Translations under genes and position numbers: made by a program | NCBI GenBank assembly: GCA_024405265.1 | Contig: JAKSOZ010000001.1 | Location: 27,263-91,262, forward strand | Reading direction: 5' to 3' | Source of the DNA: Kiritimatiellia bacterium | GTDB taxonomy: Bacteria > Verrucomicrobiota > Kiritimatiellia > RFP12 > UBA1067 | Length of the DNA stretch: 64,000 bases | Part shown: positions 31,480 to 41,495 of the stretch, in pieces | How positions within the stretch are numbered: the stretch's first letter is position 1 | How the letters are laid out: every line of letters begins with the position of its first letter | Notes under the pieces: generated by a model | Databases searched by the model: none | Seen by the model: only the letters and a program-made list of their open reading frames with translations | Told to the model about the DNA's origin: nothing

Positions 31480-32547
31480 AAGAAACATTATTATTTGTTA
31501 GACGTGCTAAGAGCACTGGAAATGCTCGCAGTGGTAAGGGGCCATTATCGTAATGTGCTTTTCCCTTCATGGAGCGAGGTTGCGCATTCCTCAAGAGGGG
31601 GGGGGGTACAGCTCCTCTATGCCCTTACGAGGTGGGGGCACAGCGCTGTTATCGTCTTCTTTGTGTTGAGTGGATTTTTGGTCGGAGGTAAATCAATCGA
31701 GAGGGCCATGCGAAATCAGTTTGACATAATCGGATACGCAAAGAATCGATGCGAGCGGATTTTCCCTCCGCTTGCATTGATGTGCTTTCTTGTGCCGGTT
31801 ACGTTTCTTAGCCTTGGCGTTCCTGTACCGTGGGGTTCGGTTTTGGGTAATCTTTTTTCTTTGCAAGGACTTTGCTGCCAGTCGTTGCTCGGCCCTTGGT
31901 GGGCGCTTTCGGTTGAAGTCTGGTTCTATGTTTGGTGTGGCGCGGCGTTAGGTGCATGGCGTGCGAAGGGGGGGCTCCGATTCCTATGCGCTGGGATCCT
32001 GGCGCTAATGAGCTTCATCTTCATTCGTGGATCGATTTGGTTCTTGCTAATATGGCTACTCGGCGCGGCAACTTATTTCGTTTTGCCGCGGACGAAGAAT
32101 ATCTGGCGATTGCTGGGATCGTTTGTCGCCTGCGCGGCGCTTGCAGTCGTTGGCTCGCGAACAACAACAAACGCTCAAATTGCTGATTTCTTTTTAGGGG
32201 TTGGCTTGTGCTTGATTGTTCGCGAGGTCGTGATGTGGGAGCCGAGCGGCTTAATTTCCAGGACGGCAAATAAGCTCGGAACGTGGTTGTCTGCTCCGTC
32301 GTATTCGATTTATCTTTCTCATATGCTGGTTATGATTGTCTTTGCGAACCTGTTCTTAACTCCAGCGGCAAGTGCGACTGTGGATCGTGAGTATATGGTT
32401 CAAGAAGGAATCCTTGCTGCATTTACGAAGGTCGGTGCACTTGAAATCGGTGCATTGATTGGTTCGTTGGTGCTTGCAATTGTTTTCGGTTATCTCGTGT
32501 ATCTTGTTGCGGAAAAGCCTTGGTGGAAAAGGCGAGTGGAAGTCTGA
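31480..32547 (+). CDS. acyltransferase family 3 (O-acyltransferase) membrane protein; contains G11 tract at 31593-31603
   Basis: N-terminal LDVLRALEMLAVV and multi-TM architecture of the OafA/acyltransferase_3 family; homopolymer read directly. Confidence 0.6.
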   Translation, partial: KKHYYLLDVLRALEMLAVVRGHYRNVLFPSWSEVAHSSRGGGVQLLYALTRWGHSAVIVFFVLSGFLVGGKSIERAMRNQFDIIGYAKNRCERIFPPLALMCFLVPVTFLSLGVPVPWGSVLGNLFSLQGLCCQSLLGPWWALSVEVWFYVWCGAALGAWRAKGGLRFLCAGILALMSFIFIRGSIWFLLIWLLGAATYFVLPRTKNIWRLLGSFVACAALAVVGSRTTTNAQIADFFLGVGLCLIVREVVMWEPSGLISRTANKLGTWLSAPSYSIYLSHMLVMIVFANLFLTPAASATVDREYMVQEGILAAFTKVGALEIGALIGSLVLAIVFGYLVYLVAEKPWWKRRVEV

Positions 32548-32566
32548 AGTTGGAGTGGGAGAATAT

Positions 32567-33439
32567 ATGAATCCGATACTGTCAATTGCTATTGTCAACT
32601 TTAACTACGGCCGCTATCTGGAGGCGGCGGTTCGCTCTGTTCTTGATCAGCAGGTCGAGGGCGTGGAGTTGGTCGTTGTCGACGGCGGTTCGAAGGATAA
32701 CTCAGTAGAGGTCATCAAAAAGTACGCGGATAAGCTTGGCTGGTGGGTGAGTGAACCTGATAAGGGGCAGAGCGATGCCTTTAACAAGGCGTTTGCGCAT
32801 TGTCGCGGCAAGTATCTCACATGGCTCAATGCCGATGATATCATGCCGAAGGGGTGCCTCAAGAAGATTGTGAAAGAGTTGGTTCGTCACCCGAAGTGCG
32901 AATGGTTTACGGGGAACCTCTTTCGGTTTGTAGACAAGCTGAAAGAGGAGGTGGAGAAAATAGGTGGAGGTGGAGAGCGGACGGTTTATCCTGTTGTTGA
33001 ATGCGCATGGGGACCGAATTATTTGCCGGGGTTCTTGCAGGGCAAAGGAATGCCGATTGCGGTGTACGGCCCTGCGACGATTTTCACGAAGCGAATCTTT
33101 GATGCGGCGGGTGGCATGAAGCTTCACCAGAACTTCATGATGGACACGGATTTATGGATGCGGTTCGTGATGATGGGCGTGAAGCAGCGGCGCATCAATT
33201 GTTTCTGCTGGGCGTTTCGTATGCACGTCGATTCGAAGACGGCGGAGTTCGGCGATCACAAGCTCTCGCCCGAGCAGCGCACGAAGTTCGAAGCCGAGCG
33301 AAAGGCGTCGCATGAGGCGACGGGGTATAAGCCGAGCAAGGTGTTGGGGCGGCTGTGGCAGCTGTGGCGAATTCTCGATGGTTCGTTTGTTAAGGGGCTG
33401 TGGCTGAAGAAGATGTTTAAGCACGTGGAGGTTGTATAA
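32567..33439 (+). CDS. glycosyltransferase family 2
   Basis: LSIAIVNFNYGRYLEAAVRSVLDQ...VVDGGSKDNS...LNADD. Confidence 0.7.
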   Translation: MNPILSIAIVNFNYGRYLEAAVRSVLDQQVEGVELVVVDGGSKDNSVEVIKKYADKLGWWVSEPDKGQSDAFNKAFAHCRGKYLTWLNADDIMPKGCLKKIVKELVRHPKCEWFTGNLFRFVDKLKEEVEKIGGGGERTVYPVVECAWGPNYLPGFLQGKGMPIAVYGPATIFTKRIFDAAGGMKLHQNFMMDTDLWMRFVMMGVKQRRINCFCWAFRMHVDSKTAEFGDHKLSPEQRTKFEAERKASHEATGYKPSKVLGRLWQLWRILDGSFVKGLWLKKMFKHVEVV

Positions 33440-34821
33440 TGAGCTTTGAGGTACGCCGAGTTTCAAACGGACCAAAGCACCACCTCTTTGGATTCCACGA
33501 TCTTCCGATAACAAACGCCAGGGGGGATTTAGCGTTATCGTTGGAAGTCGACGATATATCCCACCCTCCATTGCCCGGAGAGTCTTGCGCTGCGGGAGTT
33601 ATTGATCTGGCGACTGGTGCGTTCAAGAAGCTTCACGAGACGCATACTTGGAACTATCCGCAGGGGGCGCGGCAGCAGTGGATCGGCGATACGGATCTTT
33701 GCGTGTGCAACGATCGTGCGGAGGATGGGACGCTGATCTCGCGTATCTACAACGCGCGGACGGGTGAGAAGGTTGATACGCTGCCTTTCCCCGTACAATG
33801 TGTCCAAGCGGAGAAGCAACTTGCCTTCTATCAGAACTTTGACCGTTTGCATGGAGTCGGTGGGTATGGTTATGTCGGCGGTGAATTACCAAAGAAGCTC
33901 GTTGATTTGCCGGAGGATGATGGACTTTGGGTTGGCGATCTAGAGACCAAAGAGAAGAAGCTCCTTCTTTCGATGGTTGAGATAGTGGCTTGCGGGGAGA
34001 CGAAACCGGTTAAGACCGGATATCCTCATTACATTACGCATGGCATGCTTAACCCCAGCGGTACGCGACTCGCTTTCTTGCATCAATATCGTGTTCCGGA
34101 TGGCGGTGACATCGCGCGAATCCTGGCGTGTGATTTGGACGGTAAGAATCTTCGGTGTCTCGGGAAGGGATTCTTGAGCCACTACACTTGGATTGACGAC
34201 GAAACCATCTTCACATGGGGAGAGGATCAACACGCACTATCGGCTTTTCGTGAGGCGGCATGGCTTCGCATCCCGGGCGTCCTCCAACTTGCGCTTCTCG
34301 CGAAGAAATGCATGCGCTGTGCTCGCTCACTTAAGTCACTTCTTAAACATCAAACCTCAAACATCAAGCCTCAAACTAAACCGCAAGGTAAAGCGTTCCT
34401 CCTGTTGAAGGATTGTGATCCGGTCATTCAAACGAAAGTCGCCATTGGAATTCTGACAGAAGACGGGCATCCGATGTCTAATCCGAAGAATCCGCATCTT
34501 GTTGTGAACGATACGTATCCGAATAAGGAAGGGGATCGTTGGCTCATGTTTTATGATGTAGATAAAAACGAGCGCACCAATGTCGGACAATTCCGTCGCC
34601 TTTTCAAGGAGCCGGATGTTAAGACATTCGACTGGCGAAAGTCGATGGAGGGTGTCGATCCTCGGGTTTGTGCGAAATTTCCTCGCGACCTTTATCTCTT
34701 TACGCGTTCCGGTTACCATACAGACCTCCACCCCCGCTGGTCGTACGACGGCAAGACGGCCTTTTTTGACTCTATTCACGAAGGGACTCGACAGATTTAT
34801 GCGGTTGACTATTCATGCTGA
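33439..34821 (+). CDS. hypothetical protein (possibly beta-propeller); contains in-frame short tandem repeat block 34337-34385
   Basis: 460-aa ORF; no confident motif. Confidence 0.4.
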   Translation: MSFEVRRVSNGPKHHLFGFHDLPITNARGDLALSLEVDDISHPPLPGESCAAGVIDLATGAFKKLHETHTWNYPQGARQQWIGDTDLCVCNDRAEDGTLISRIYNARTGEKVDTLPFPVQCVQAEKQLAFYQNFDRLHGVGGYGYVGGELPKKLVDLPEDDGLWVGDLETKEKKLLLSMVEIVACGETKPVKTGYPHYITHGMLNPSGTRLAFLHQYRVPDGGDIARILACDLDGKNLRCLGKGFLSHYTWIDDETIFTWGEDQHALSAFREAAWLRIPGVLQLALLAKKCMRCARSLKSLLKHQTSNIKPQTKPQGKAFLLLKDCDPVIQTKVAIGILTEDGHPMSNPKNPHLVVNDTYPNKEGDRWLMFYDVDKNERTNVGQFRRLFKEPDVKTFDWRKSMEGVDPRVCAKFPRDLYLFTRSGYHTDLHPRWSYDGKTAFFDSIHEGTRQIYAVDYSC

Positions 34822-35515
34822 TGATTTCGGTATCAGCGAAAGTGTAAGTCGCTGCATCGCCGAATGCTTTGCCAAGGGCTGGGTCAATGAGACCAGTCTG
34901 ATGGTGAATATGCCGTACGCGGATAAAGCCGTTGAGCTTGCGCGGCAGAACGGCTTTGTCGGGAAGGTCGGACTTCATCTTAACCTCTCGCAAGGTATGC
35001 CGCTTACCGAGAAGATCAAATCGTGTCCTCGCTTCTGCAATGAGGATGGAACTTTCAACAAGAAGTTTCATCATATGACGAAGACGCGTTTCGTAATTAC
35101 TAAAGCGGAACAGGATGCGGTGCGCGAGGAAGTCGAAGCGCAACTTGCGAAGTTCGTGAAGTATGATGGAGTTCTTAAGAAACTCGACTCGCATCATCAT
35201 GTGCATACGGATTGGTCGGTCTATCGCTTGCTTGAACCGCTCGCACTTAAGTATGGTATTCGTGCGATGCGAATCAGTGCAACCTTGCACAAGGTAGGAC
35301 TCGTGAAAGAGCTGTACAAGCGCTATCTGAATCGACGCATTCGTAAGCACTTCGTGACGACGGCCGAGTTTGATGGATTCAATGCGAATCTTGTTGCAGC
35401 TACCAAACACGGCCAAGATGTTGAACTGATGGTACATCCGATGTATGCGGAATCCGGAGAGATTGTTGATGCCAAGCGTCCGTACAATGAATTGATGGAG
35501 GCGATCAATGGCTAA
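34799..35515 (+). CDS. YdjC/ChbG-family carbohydrate deacetylase
   Basis: start MRLTIHADDFGIS matches the YdjC N-terminal motif (hADDFG); 239 aa. Confidence 0.55.
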   Translation: MRLTIHADDFGISESVSRCIAECFAKGWVNETSLMVNMPYADKAVELARQNGFVGKVGLHLNLSQGMPLTEKIKSCPRFCNEDGTFNKKFHHMTKTRFVITKAEQDAVREEVEAQLAKFVKYDGVLKKLDSHHHVHTDWSVYRLLEPLALKYGIRAMRISATLHKVGLVKELYKRYLNRRIRKHFVTTAEFDGFNANLVAATKHGQDVELMVHPMYAESGEIVDAKRPYNELMEAING

Positions 35516-36629
35516 GATCCGAATTTTTCAGCCGATTGTCCCGGAGTATCGCGTCGCGCTTTTTGAAGGCGTGGGGAAGCGGTATGGCGCTGATGTCGAG
35601 ATCTGGGCTTCGGAGGGCGCCGGGCAGGACAAGTCGTATACGCTAAAATCGATGCGTTACGATTATAACCATCCCTTTAAGAACTTTGGGCCGATTCGTT
35701 GGCAGAAGAGACTGTCTTTGAAGGGCCTCAATAAGGGCGATGTGATTGTCATTTGTGGCGATGTGCATCAGCTCTCGTCGCTTTGGATTGCCGCGCTTGC
35801 GAAACTGCGCGGAATCGGCGTCGTATGGTGGGGCCATCACGTTTCGGTTGGCTCGAAAGAACTCGGCGTTCGTATTCGCCTATTCTTGACGCGGCTTTTG
35901 TCGAATGTCGTGCTTTGCTACACCAAGCAGGGCATCGAATGGTTTAAGGCTCGCGGATGGAAATCACCTGTCTTTGCAACCGGCAATACGATTGATATGG
36001 AGGCAGTTAAGGCGGCGCTTGCCGCATGGACTCCGGAGAAGCTCACGGCGTTTCAGCGCGAGCGGGGGCTCGAGAATCAAGAGGCGATTGTCTTCTGCTC
36101 GGTGCTGCGCTGGAAGACACGTCTTGATCAACTCCTCAAGGCCATGGCGTCTGATGCGCTCAATAAGCGCGGCACGAAGCTTATCGTGATTGGCGATGGC
36201 GAGGGACGCGCGACATGGGAGCAACAAGCAAAAGATCTCGGAATCTCTGATCGCATCATTTGGGTTGGCGCATTGCGCGAGCAGATGAAGATCGCGCCGT
36301 GGTTCTTGAGCGCGAAGGCCTATGTTTATCCAGGGCCGATTGGGCTCAGTATCATTCACGCATTCTCTTACGGGCTTCCGGTTGTCTGCCACGACACCGC
36401 CGCGCATCATGGCCCCGAGTTCGAGGCGATGACTGATGGAGAGACTGGATTGGTTTTCAAGGAGAATGATGCCGACGACTTGGCGCGGCAAATCGTACGG
36501 TTGCTTGAGAACGAATCCGAACGACGCACGATGTCAACGCGTGTTCAAGAATTGGCCTATTCCAAGTACGGCATCGAATCGATGGTGAATAACTACTGTG
36601 AAGCGCTGGAGGCGGCGAAAGACGCATGA
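35508..36629 (+). CDS. glycosyltransferase family 4
   Basis: GT-B architecture; C-terminal motif region (YVYPGPIGLSIIHAFSYGLPVV). Confidence 0.6.
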   Translation: MAKIRIFQPIVPEYRVALFEGVGKRYGADVEIWASEGAGQDKSYTLKSMRYDYNHPFKNFGPIRWQKRLSLKGLNKGDVIVICGDVHQLSSLWIAALAKLRGIGVVWWGHHVSVGSKELGVRIRLFLTRLLSNVVLCYTKQGIEWFKARGWKSPVFATGNTIDMEAVKAALAAWTPEKLTAFQRERGLENQEAIVFCSVLRWKTRLDQLLKAMASDALNKRGTKLIVIGDGEGRATWEQQAKDLGISDRIIWVGALREQMKIAPWFLSAKAYVYPGPIGLSIIHAFSYGLPVVCHDTAAHHGPEFEAMTDGETGLVFKENDADDLARQIVRLLENESERRTMSTRVQELAYSKYGIESMVNNYCEALEAAKDA

Positions 36630-37573
36630 TTACGCTTTTTCAATATTATCGCATTGCGGCGGCGTTTCTGATTGTGATGATTCATCAGCAATTCTGGAAG
36701 CCGTGCGCTTTCATCAACGGACTTGAGGGCTGTGCTGTGCCGCTCTTTGCTTGCATGGCCGGTTACCTCTACAAGGGAGGCCTCCTCAAGAAAGTGCCGC
36801 GGGTCATCATCCCGTACCTTATCTGGGCGGTCATTTACTTCGTAGCGAACAATGTTGTTCTTGATGTGTTCGTTCGCCACGAGTCCTTTGAGTTCCCAGG
36901 CCTGAAGTCTTGGCTACTCGGTGGTACGGCGTGTCACCTTTGGTTCCTACCGAGTCTGTTCGCGGCGTTTGCCGCGGCAGAGGGTTTGATGCGTGTGAGA
37001 TGTTTGAGGGGTTCCGAACCCACTAACCCACTAACCTCAATAACCCCTAACCTCATCCTTCTTGCTTTAGGAATTGCGTCACAGTGGCTCCCCGGCGAGA
37101 CTTCGGAAACTTTCCTCGGTTACTGCCGCATCTACTTCGGTCGACTCCTCCTCTTCTTCTCCCTTGGCGGTTTGATTCGAACACTAACATCAAACATCAA
37201 ACATCAAACCTCAAACTTGCCACGCATAACTATCAAAATAATGGGGGGGGGCGCAATTATGCTCGGTTTGGCTAATCTTGCGCTTCGTTTCATCCCCGGC
37301 CTTGCATTTCAGCCGCTTCTTCTCATAATCGGCTTGATGCTTTTGGCGGTCGGCTTCGGCGAGTTTACTCTCCCGAAGTTTGTCGGAAATCTCGCCAATG
37401 CGACGATGGGTATCTACCTTGTTCATGTTCTCTTTACCTCCGCTGCAAATGTGGTCCTGGCGAAGCTTGGACACGCGGCATTACCGGCATTTGCCGCCTT
37501 GCCTATTATCGCAGGTATTTTCCTTTGTTGCTATTTCGTCGTACGATTCATGCCGAAGAGGATGAAAGGATAA
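36626..37573 (+). CDS. acyltransferase-3-like membrane protein carrying two repeat blocks and a G9 tract (37243-37251)
   Basis: multi-TM; repeats 37019-37055 and 37186-37222 and the homopolymer are read directly. Confidence 0.5.
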   Translation: MITLFQYYRIAAAFLIVMIHQQFWKPCAFINGLEGCAVPLFACMAGYLYKGGLLKKVPRVIIPYLIWAVIYFVANNVVLDVFVRHESFEFPGLKSWLLGGTACHLWFLPSLFAAFAAAEGLMRVRCLRGSEPTNPLTSITPNLILLALGIASQWLPGETSETFLGYCRIYFGRLLLFFSLGGLIRTLTSNIKHQTSNLPRITIKIMGGGAIMLGLANLALRFIPGLAFQPLLLIIGLMLLAVGFGEFTLPKFVGNLANATMGIYLVHVLFTSAANVVLAKLGHAALPAFAALPIIAGIFLCCYFVVRFMPKRMKG

Positions 37574-37578
37574 TACAT

Positions 37579-38655
37579 ATGTCCGATCGTAATCAATCGT
37601 TAGACGCAGCTCGTTGCGTGATGAACTATATGATTGTCATTCTTCATGCATGGGCGGTGTTTCAGTATGTGAAGTGGGATACGATTGAATTCATATCTTG
37701 GACTGTTATTTGCTCGCACCTGATGTGGCTTGCGATACCGGCGTTCTTTATGATCAGCGGGTATTTGCTCTTTCAAAAGTTCTCGCTTGCGAGTTGGCCG
37801 AACAAAATGGTGCGCCGCGTGAAGCGATTGGCGGTTCCGTATTTTGCGTGGAATATCTTCTTCGTCGCCTTTTACTTGGCGCTCGCGCATTTTGTGCCGC
37901 GGCTTGGGACGCGCGTCGCTTCGTTCGGGCTCGACACGATTGGTGGAGCAATTTCGAAGATCGCAAGTCTCACGGTTGCGCCGATTGACGGACCGCTTTG
38001 GTTCTTGCGCGTGTTGTTTCTCTTCGCGCTCGTTTCGCCGATTCTGTGGTGGTTGATGTGCTTTGCGAGGGGATGGGCGCTTTTCGGAGCTACGGTTGTT
38101 TGGTGCGTCGTAGAAGGAATGTTAGGTATTGCCGAGCCTCTTCATCTAACGGCTCCTGCGTATGCGCTTTCGTGTTTCGTCTTAGGTGGCGTTTTGGCAC
38201 GCAATGAAAAGGATTTGGTCTCGACTTTCAAGCATTGGGGGTGGTTTGCCATTGGACTCGCCGCATGCTTGATTCGTGCCGCAATTTCCATACCTCGCCT
38301 TGGCGTACATTCAGATACAAACGCGGCGATCAGTATCATTCTCTCGCTTCTGGCGATTCTTGAGGCGCCGGCGCTTATTTCGCTCGTGAGTCACATTCGT
38401 ACGGAAGGCGTTGTGAAGAGCCGCGTCTACGGATTTCTGAAGGAGATGTCTTTCTTCGCGTATGCTGGGCACTTTCTCTTTTGTTCGATGTGGCTTCATA
38501 CCGCGGCACCTTTGCTTTCCGGAATGGGGGGGGGTAAGATGACGCTTTTGATTTTGATCTTTGTCGGTTGTGGTATTCCGACAATGGCACTAGTGTATTG
38601 GCTCGGCAAGCGGATATGTCCTCGAGCGATGAAAATCTTTGATGGGACTTTGTGA
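37579..38655 (+). CDS. acyltransferase family 3 membrane protein; G9 tract at 38526-38534
   Basis: multi-TM, acyltransferase_3-like N-terminus (LDAARCVMNYMIVILH). Confidence 0.6.
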   Translation: MSDRNQSLDAARCVMNYMIVILHAWAVFQYVKWDTIEFISWTVICSHLMWLAIPAFFMISGYLLFQKFSLASWPNKMVRRVKRLAVPYFAWNIFFVAFYLALAHFVPRLGTRVASFGLDTIGGAISKIASLTVAPIDGPLWFLRVLFLFALVSPILWWLMCFARGWALFGATVVWCVVEGMLGIAEPLHLTAPAYALSCFVLGGVLARNEKDLVSTFKHWGWFAIGLAACLIRAAISIPRLGVHSDTNAAISIILSLLAILEAPALISLVSHIRTEGVVKSRVYGFLKEMSFFAYAGHFLFCSMWLHTAAPLLSGMGGGKMTLLILIFVGCGIPTMALVYWLGKRICPRAMKIFDGTL

Positions 38656-38657
38656 TC

Positions 38658-39788
38658 ATGAAGATACTTCACGTCATAACCGGTATGAAGAAAGCGGCGG
38701 GGACGAGCGTTTTCGCCGGAGAGGTGACGAATGAACTCGTCGCGCAAGGGCATGAGGTTGCAATTGCCGTTGCAGATCCCAAGTGCGACGATTGCTACAA
38801 GCTCGATCCGCGCGTGAGGCTAATTGGTTTTGGCGAGGTCGTAGTTGCTGATTATGACATCGTTCATATTCATGCGCTCTGGTCGCCGATTCTTTCGAGG
38901 ATTGCAAGGACAGCGCGTAAGGCAGGCGTGAAAGTTGTGTGGTCACCTCACGGAATGCTCACCCCGTGGGCGCTCAAGAACAAGTGGTGGAAGAAACTTC
39001 TTGGACTTGTTCTCTATCAATATTGGGCGCTTCGGAATGCCGACCTAATTCATGTCACCGCGCAGAGCGAAGTCGAAGATGTAAGGAGACTCGGGCTGAA
39101 GAACGAGGTGGTGGTAGCGCCGTTGGGAGTAAGGGTTAGCCGTGTAGAACGTATAGAACGTGTAGAAAAGAAAGAGAAGACGCTTCTGTTCGTGTCGAGA
39201 GTTCAGCGGAAGAAGGGGTTGCCGAATCTATTGGACGCGTGGGCGAGATTGCCGGAGGAGTTGAAGAACGATTGGACGATTAGAATCGTCGGTCCGGATC
39301 AGGATAATCATACCGCAGAGCTTAAGGAGCTCTGCGAGAAGTTGAAGATCAAAGTCGAAGTCGAAGTGCAGTTCGTCGGGCCTAAGTATGATGAGGAACT
39401 GGATTGGGAGTACAGGAACTCTGATCTTTTCGTATTGCCTACGCATTCCGAGAACTTCGGTTCTGTGGTTATTGAGGCGCTCGCGCGCGGCGTGCCGGTT
39501 ATCTGCACGAAGGAGGCCCCTTGGGAAGAACTCGAGACGCATAAGTGCGGTTGGTGGATTGATGATAACGTCGATGCTTTAGAAGCGGCATTGCGAGATG
39601 GATTAAGCCGTGTAGAACGTGGAGAACATGTAGAAATGGGGAAGAAAGGATTGGAGCTTGTAAAGTCCAAATACGATTGGAAGGTTATCGGTAAGACTAT
39701 CGCCGATGCCTATTGGAAGATTTCGCACGGATGCGAAAAGGGTCGTTGCGTTAATTGCGCTGAGTTGTACGACACGTGTAGTCCGTAA
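38658..39788 (+). CDS. glycosyltransferase family 4
   Basis: MKILHVITGMKKAAGTSVFAGEV...; C-terminal GT4 motif region; internal 9-nt repeats (SRVERIERVE / SRVERGEHVE). Confidence 0.65.
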   Translation: MKILHVITGMKKAAGTSVFAGEVTNELVAQGHEVAIAVADPKCDDCYKLDPRVRLIGFGEVVVADYDIVHIHALWSPILSRIARTARKAGVKVVWSPHGMLTPWALKNKWWKKLLGLVLYQYWALRNADLIHVTAQSEVEDVRRLGLKNEVVVAPLGVRVSRVERIERVEKKEKTLLFVSRVQRKKGLPNLLDAWARLPEELKNDWTIRIVGPDQDNHTAELKELCEKLKIKVEVEVQFVGPKYDEELDWEYRNSDLFVLPTHSENFGSVVIEALARGVPVICTKEAPWEELETHKCGWWIDDNVDALEAALRDGLSRVERGEHVEMGKKGLELVKSKYDWKVIGKTIADAYWKISHGCEKGRCVNCAELYDTCSP

Positions 39789-39847
39789 GGGCAGCTTAAT
39801 AAAGAAAACGCCGAGGAAGGGGATTAGCCCAACCGCGGCGAATTTTT

Positions 39848-39949
39848 TTATAGGTCGCCGAAGATTAGTTTGAGCGTGGCGTGCTTGATGACCTCGAGCA
39901 AGACCTGAAAGATGATGGCCTTGATTGCGGATTGAAGGTTCTTCTTCAT
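39848..39949 (-). CDS. candidate 33-aa amphipathic peptide MKKNLQSAIKAIIFQVLLEVIKHATLKLIFGDL
   Basis: GGAG 9 nt upstream of ATG on minus strand; lies between convergent genes next to a GC hairpin/T-run; below ORF-table size cutoff. Confidence 0.25.
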   Translation of the reverse strand: MKKNLQSAIKAIIFQVLLEVIKHATLKLIFGDL

Positions 39950-40109
39950 AGTTAGATTCTCCTTTCGTATGCGGCTTCATTACCGCTGCATATTGCCGAA
40001 GCGACAAATCTAACTATGGCCGGTCATTCAAACGGCAAGAAAATCTGCCGCGTTTTTGTGTAAGGGGGTTGGAGATACAACGCGAAAAATGGTATAATAT
40101 TGTTAAATT

Positions 40110-41495
40110 ATGATTGGCGGATTGACCCAAATGATTCAGCTGGTAACTTCTGAAGAGCTCCTTGTCGAGCTCTTCGAAGCTTATGCCCCCGCGTTGAAGA
40201 TTAAAGAGCTCGGTTTGACCGCCGATCCGGAAGAACGAGCGCAATGTATTTTTAAGGCGATGGAACAACTCGTCTTGGTTAATCCGGCCGAACATAGCGC
40301 AATTTTCAAAGTCCTCAACACTATTGCAGTCGTCAATAGCGATCCGGCGAATCATAAGGTTATAGTCGATTATTTGAAATATAATTTTGCGTTGAAGAAG
40401 GTTTACGATTCGCTTCATTATGCCGCGACCTTCAGCAAACGTCGCCCGATTGCCGCAATGGCAGCCTTTATCGCCATACAGTGCAAGAGCGGAAACGATG
40501 TTGTTCGCGGCGAGGCTCTCAAACTTTGGGATGCCTTTATAGTCGAATGTTCGAAGGTTGCGCAAGGGAACTTCCTCCGTAAAAACATTACCCCGCCAAG
40601 CAAAGGAGCGGTTGAGCGCGCACGAGGGCTTAAGGACTTCCAAAGTGAACTCGAAAACTATGTCCGCCTTCAGAGTCAACAAAAGGACTACATCGCATTT
40701 GTCGTTCCGAATCAAACAACTAGCGGTTATACGCGCTATTACGTCAACACTTCTCCGCCGGAGCGTGACGTCCTTCAAGTGAAGAAGGGCAAAAGCGGTA
40801 TGGGTAAGGACATCAATATGACCGGGTTTGAAATCCGTCATTATTATGTCACCGACCGCGTTTGGATATCCGAGACGAAAACCGGAGACCAAGCCTACAT
40901 TCTCGATCTGTTCTTAAAGAATGTTCTCGGTTCCACGATTGATCGTCGCCATCGGGTTCACTGTGAGCACCGTCTACCTGTTTTTCGCTCAAAGGATCGT
41001 TTCTTGCGCGAGATTACACTGCCGATAGAGCTTTCTCGGAATCATGAAAAGGTTTATCTTTCTCAATTAAAGATTGTCGTCGCCGAACGGCATTCCGATT
41101 TGGTACTGGAAGGGGATGGTGAAGGCGTTTATATGCCCGTAACATACGAAGGCACGGAGTATGTATCGATTCACGATCAAATCGCCAAGATTCAGCAGCG
41201 AAAATTTCCGAGTGAACTTTGGACGATTTCCTATGCCGAGGTCGTCGCACTTCTTCATCCGTACATCTACGATAAAGAGACGAATGAGCCGGTCGGGCGT
41301 TCTTCTGAATTTACGAAGGTGACGTTTCCGGTCAAACCAGGCGGATGTACACCTCGTTTTGAGGCACGTCATAAGCTCGACCAAAAGCTACGAGAGGATG
41401 CGCTGATGTTGCGTGCGCGATGGGAGTTGGATGGCGTTAATGACGAGACATTCTACTTGGGTATGACCGAGGCCCAACGCAATGGTGGAATCTAA
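40110..41495 (+). CDS. hypothetical protein (461 aa)
   Basis: TGGTATAATAT 40092-40102 then 8 nt then ATG; no motif; antisense ORF 40014..40892 judged spurious. Confidence 0.5.
   Translation: MIGGLTQMIQLVTSEELLVELFEAYAPALKIKELGLTADPEERAQCIFKAMEQLVLVNPAEHSAIFKVLNTIAVVNSDPANHKVIVDYLKYNFALKKVYDSLHYAATFSKRRPIAAMAAFIAIQCKSGNDVVRGEALKLWDAFIVECSKVAQGNFLRKNITPPSKGAVERARGLKDFQSELENYVRLQSQQKDYIAFVVPNQTTSGYTRYYVNTSPPERDVLQVKKGKSGMGKDINMTGFEIRHYYVTDRVWISETKTGDQAYILDLFLKNVLGSTIDRRHRVHCEHRLPVFRSKDRFLREITLPIELSRNHEKVYLSQLKIVVAERHSDLVLEGDGEGVYMPVTYEGTEYVSIHDQIAKIQQRKFPSELWTISYAEVVALLHPYIYDKETNEPVGRSSEFTKVTFPVKPGGCTPRFEARHKLDQKLREDALMLRARWELDGVNDETFYLGMTEAQRNGGI

Noticed and set aside
39136-39640. CGTGTAGAA-type 9-nt repeats as possible CRISPR or regulatory repeats
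   Set aside because: They are in frame inside a GT4 coding sequence (SRVERIERVE / SRVERGEHVE) and too short and few to be a CRISPR array. No CRISPR arrays were found anywhere in the window.
40014-40892. 292-aa minus-strand ORF overlapping 40110..41495
   Set aside because: The plus-strand gene has a consensus promoter, a downstream partner and a terminator. The minus ORF translation is Arg/Cys-rich and has no signals.
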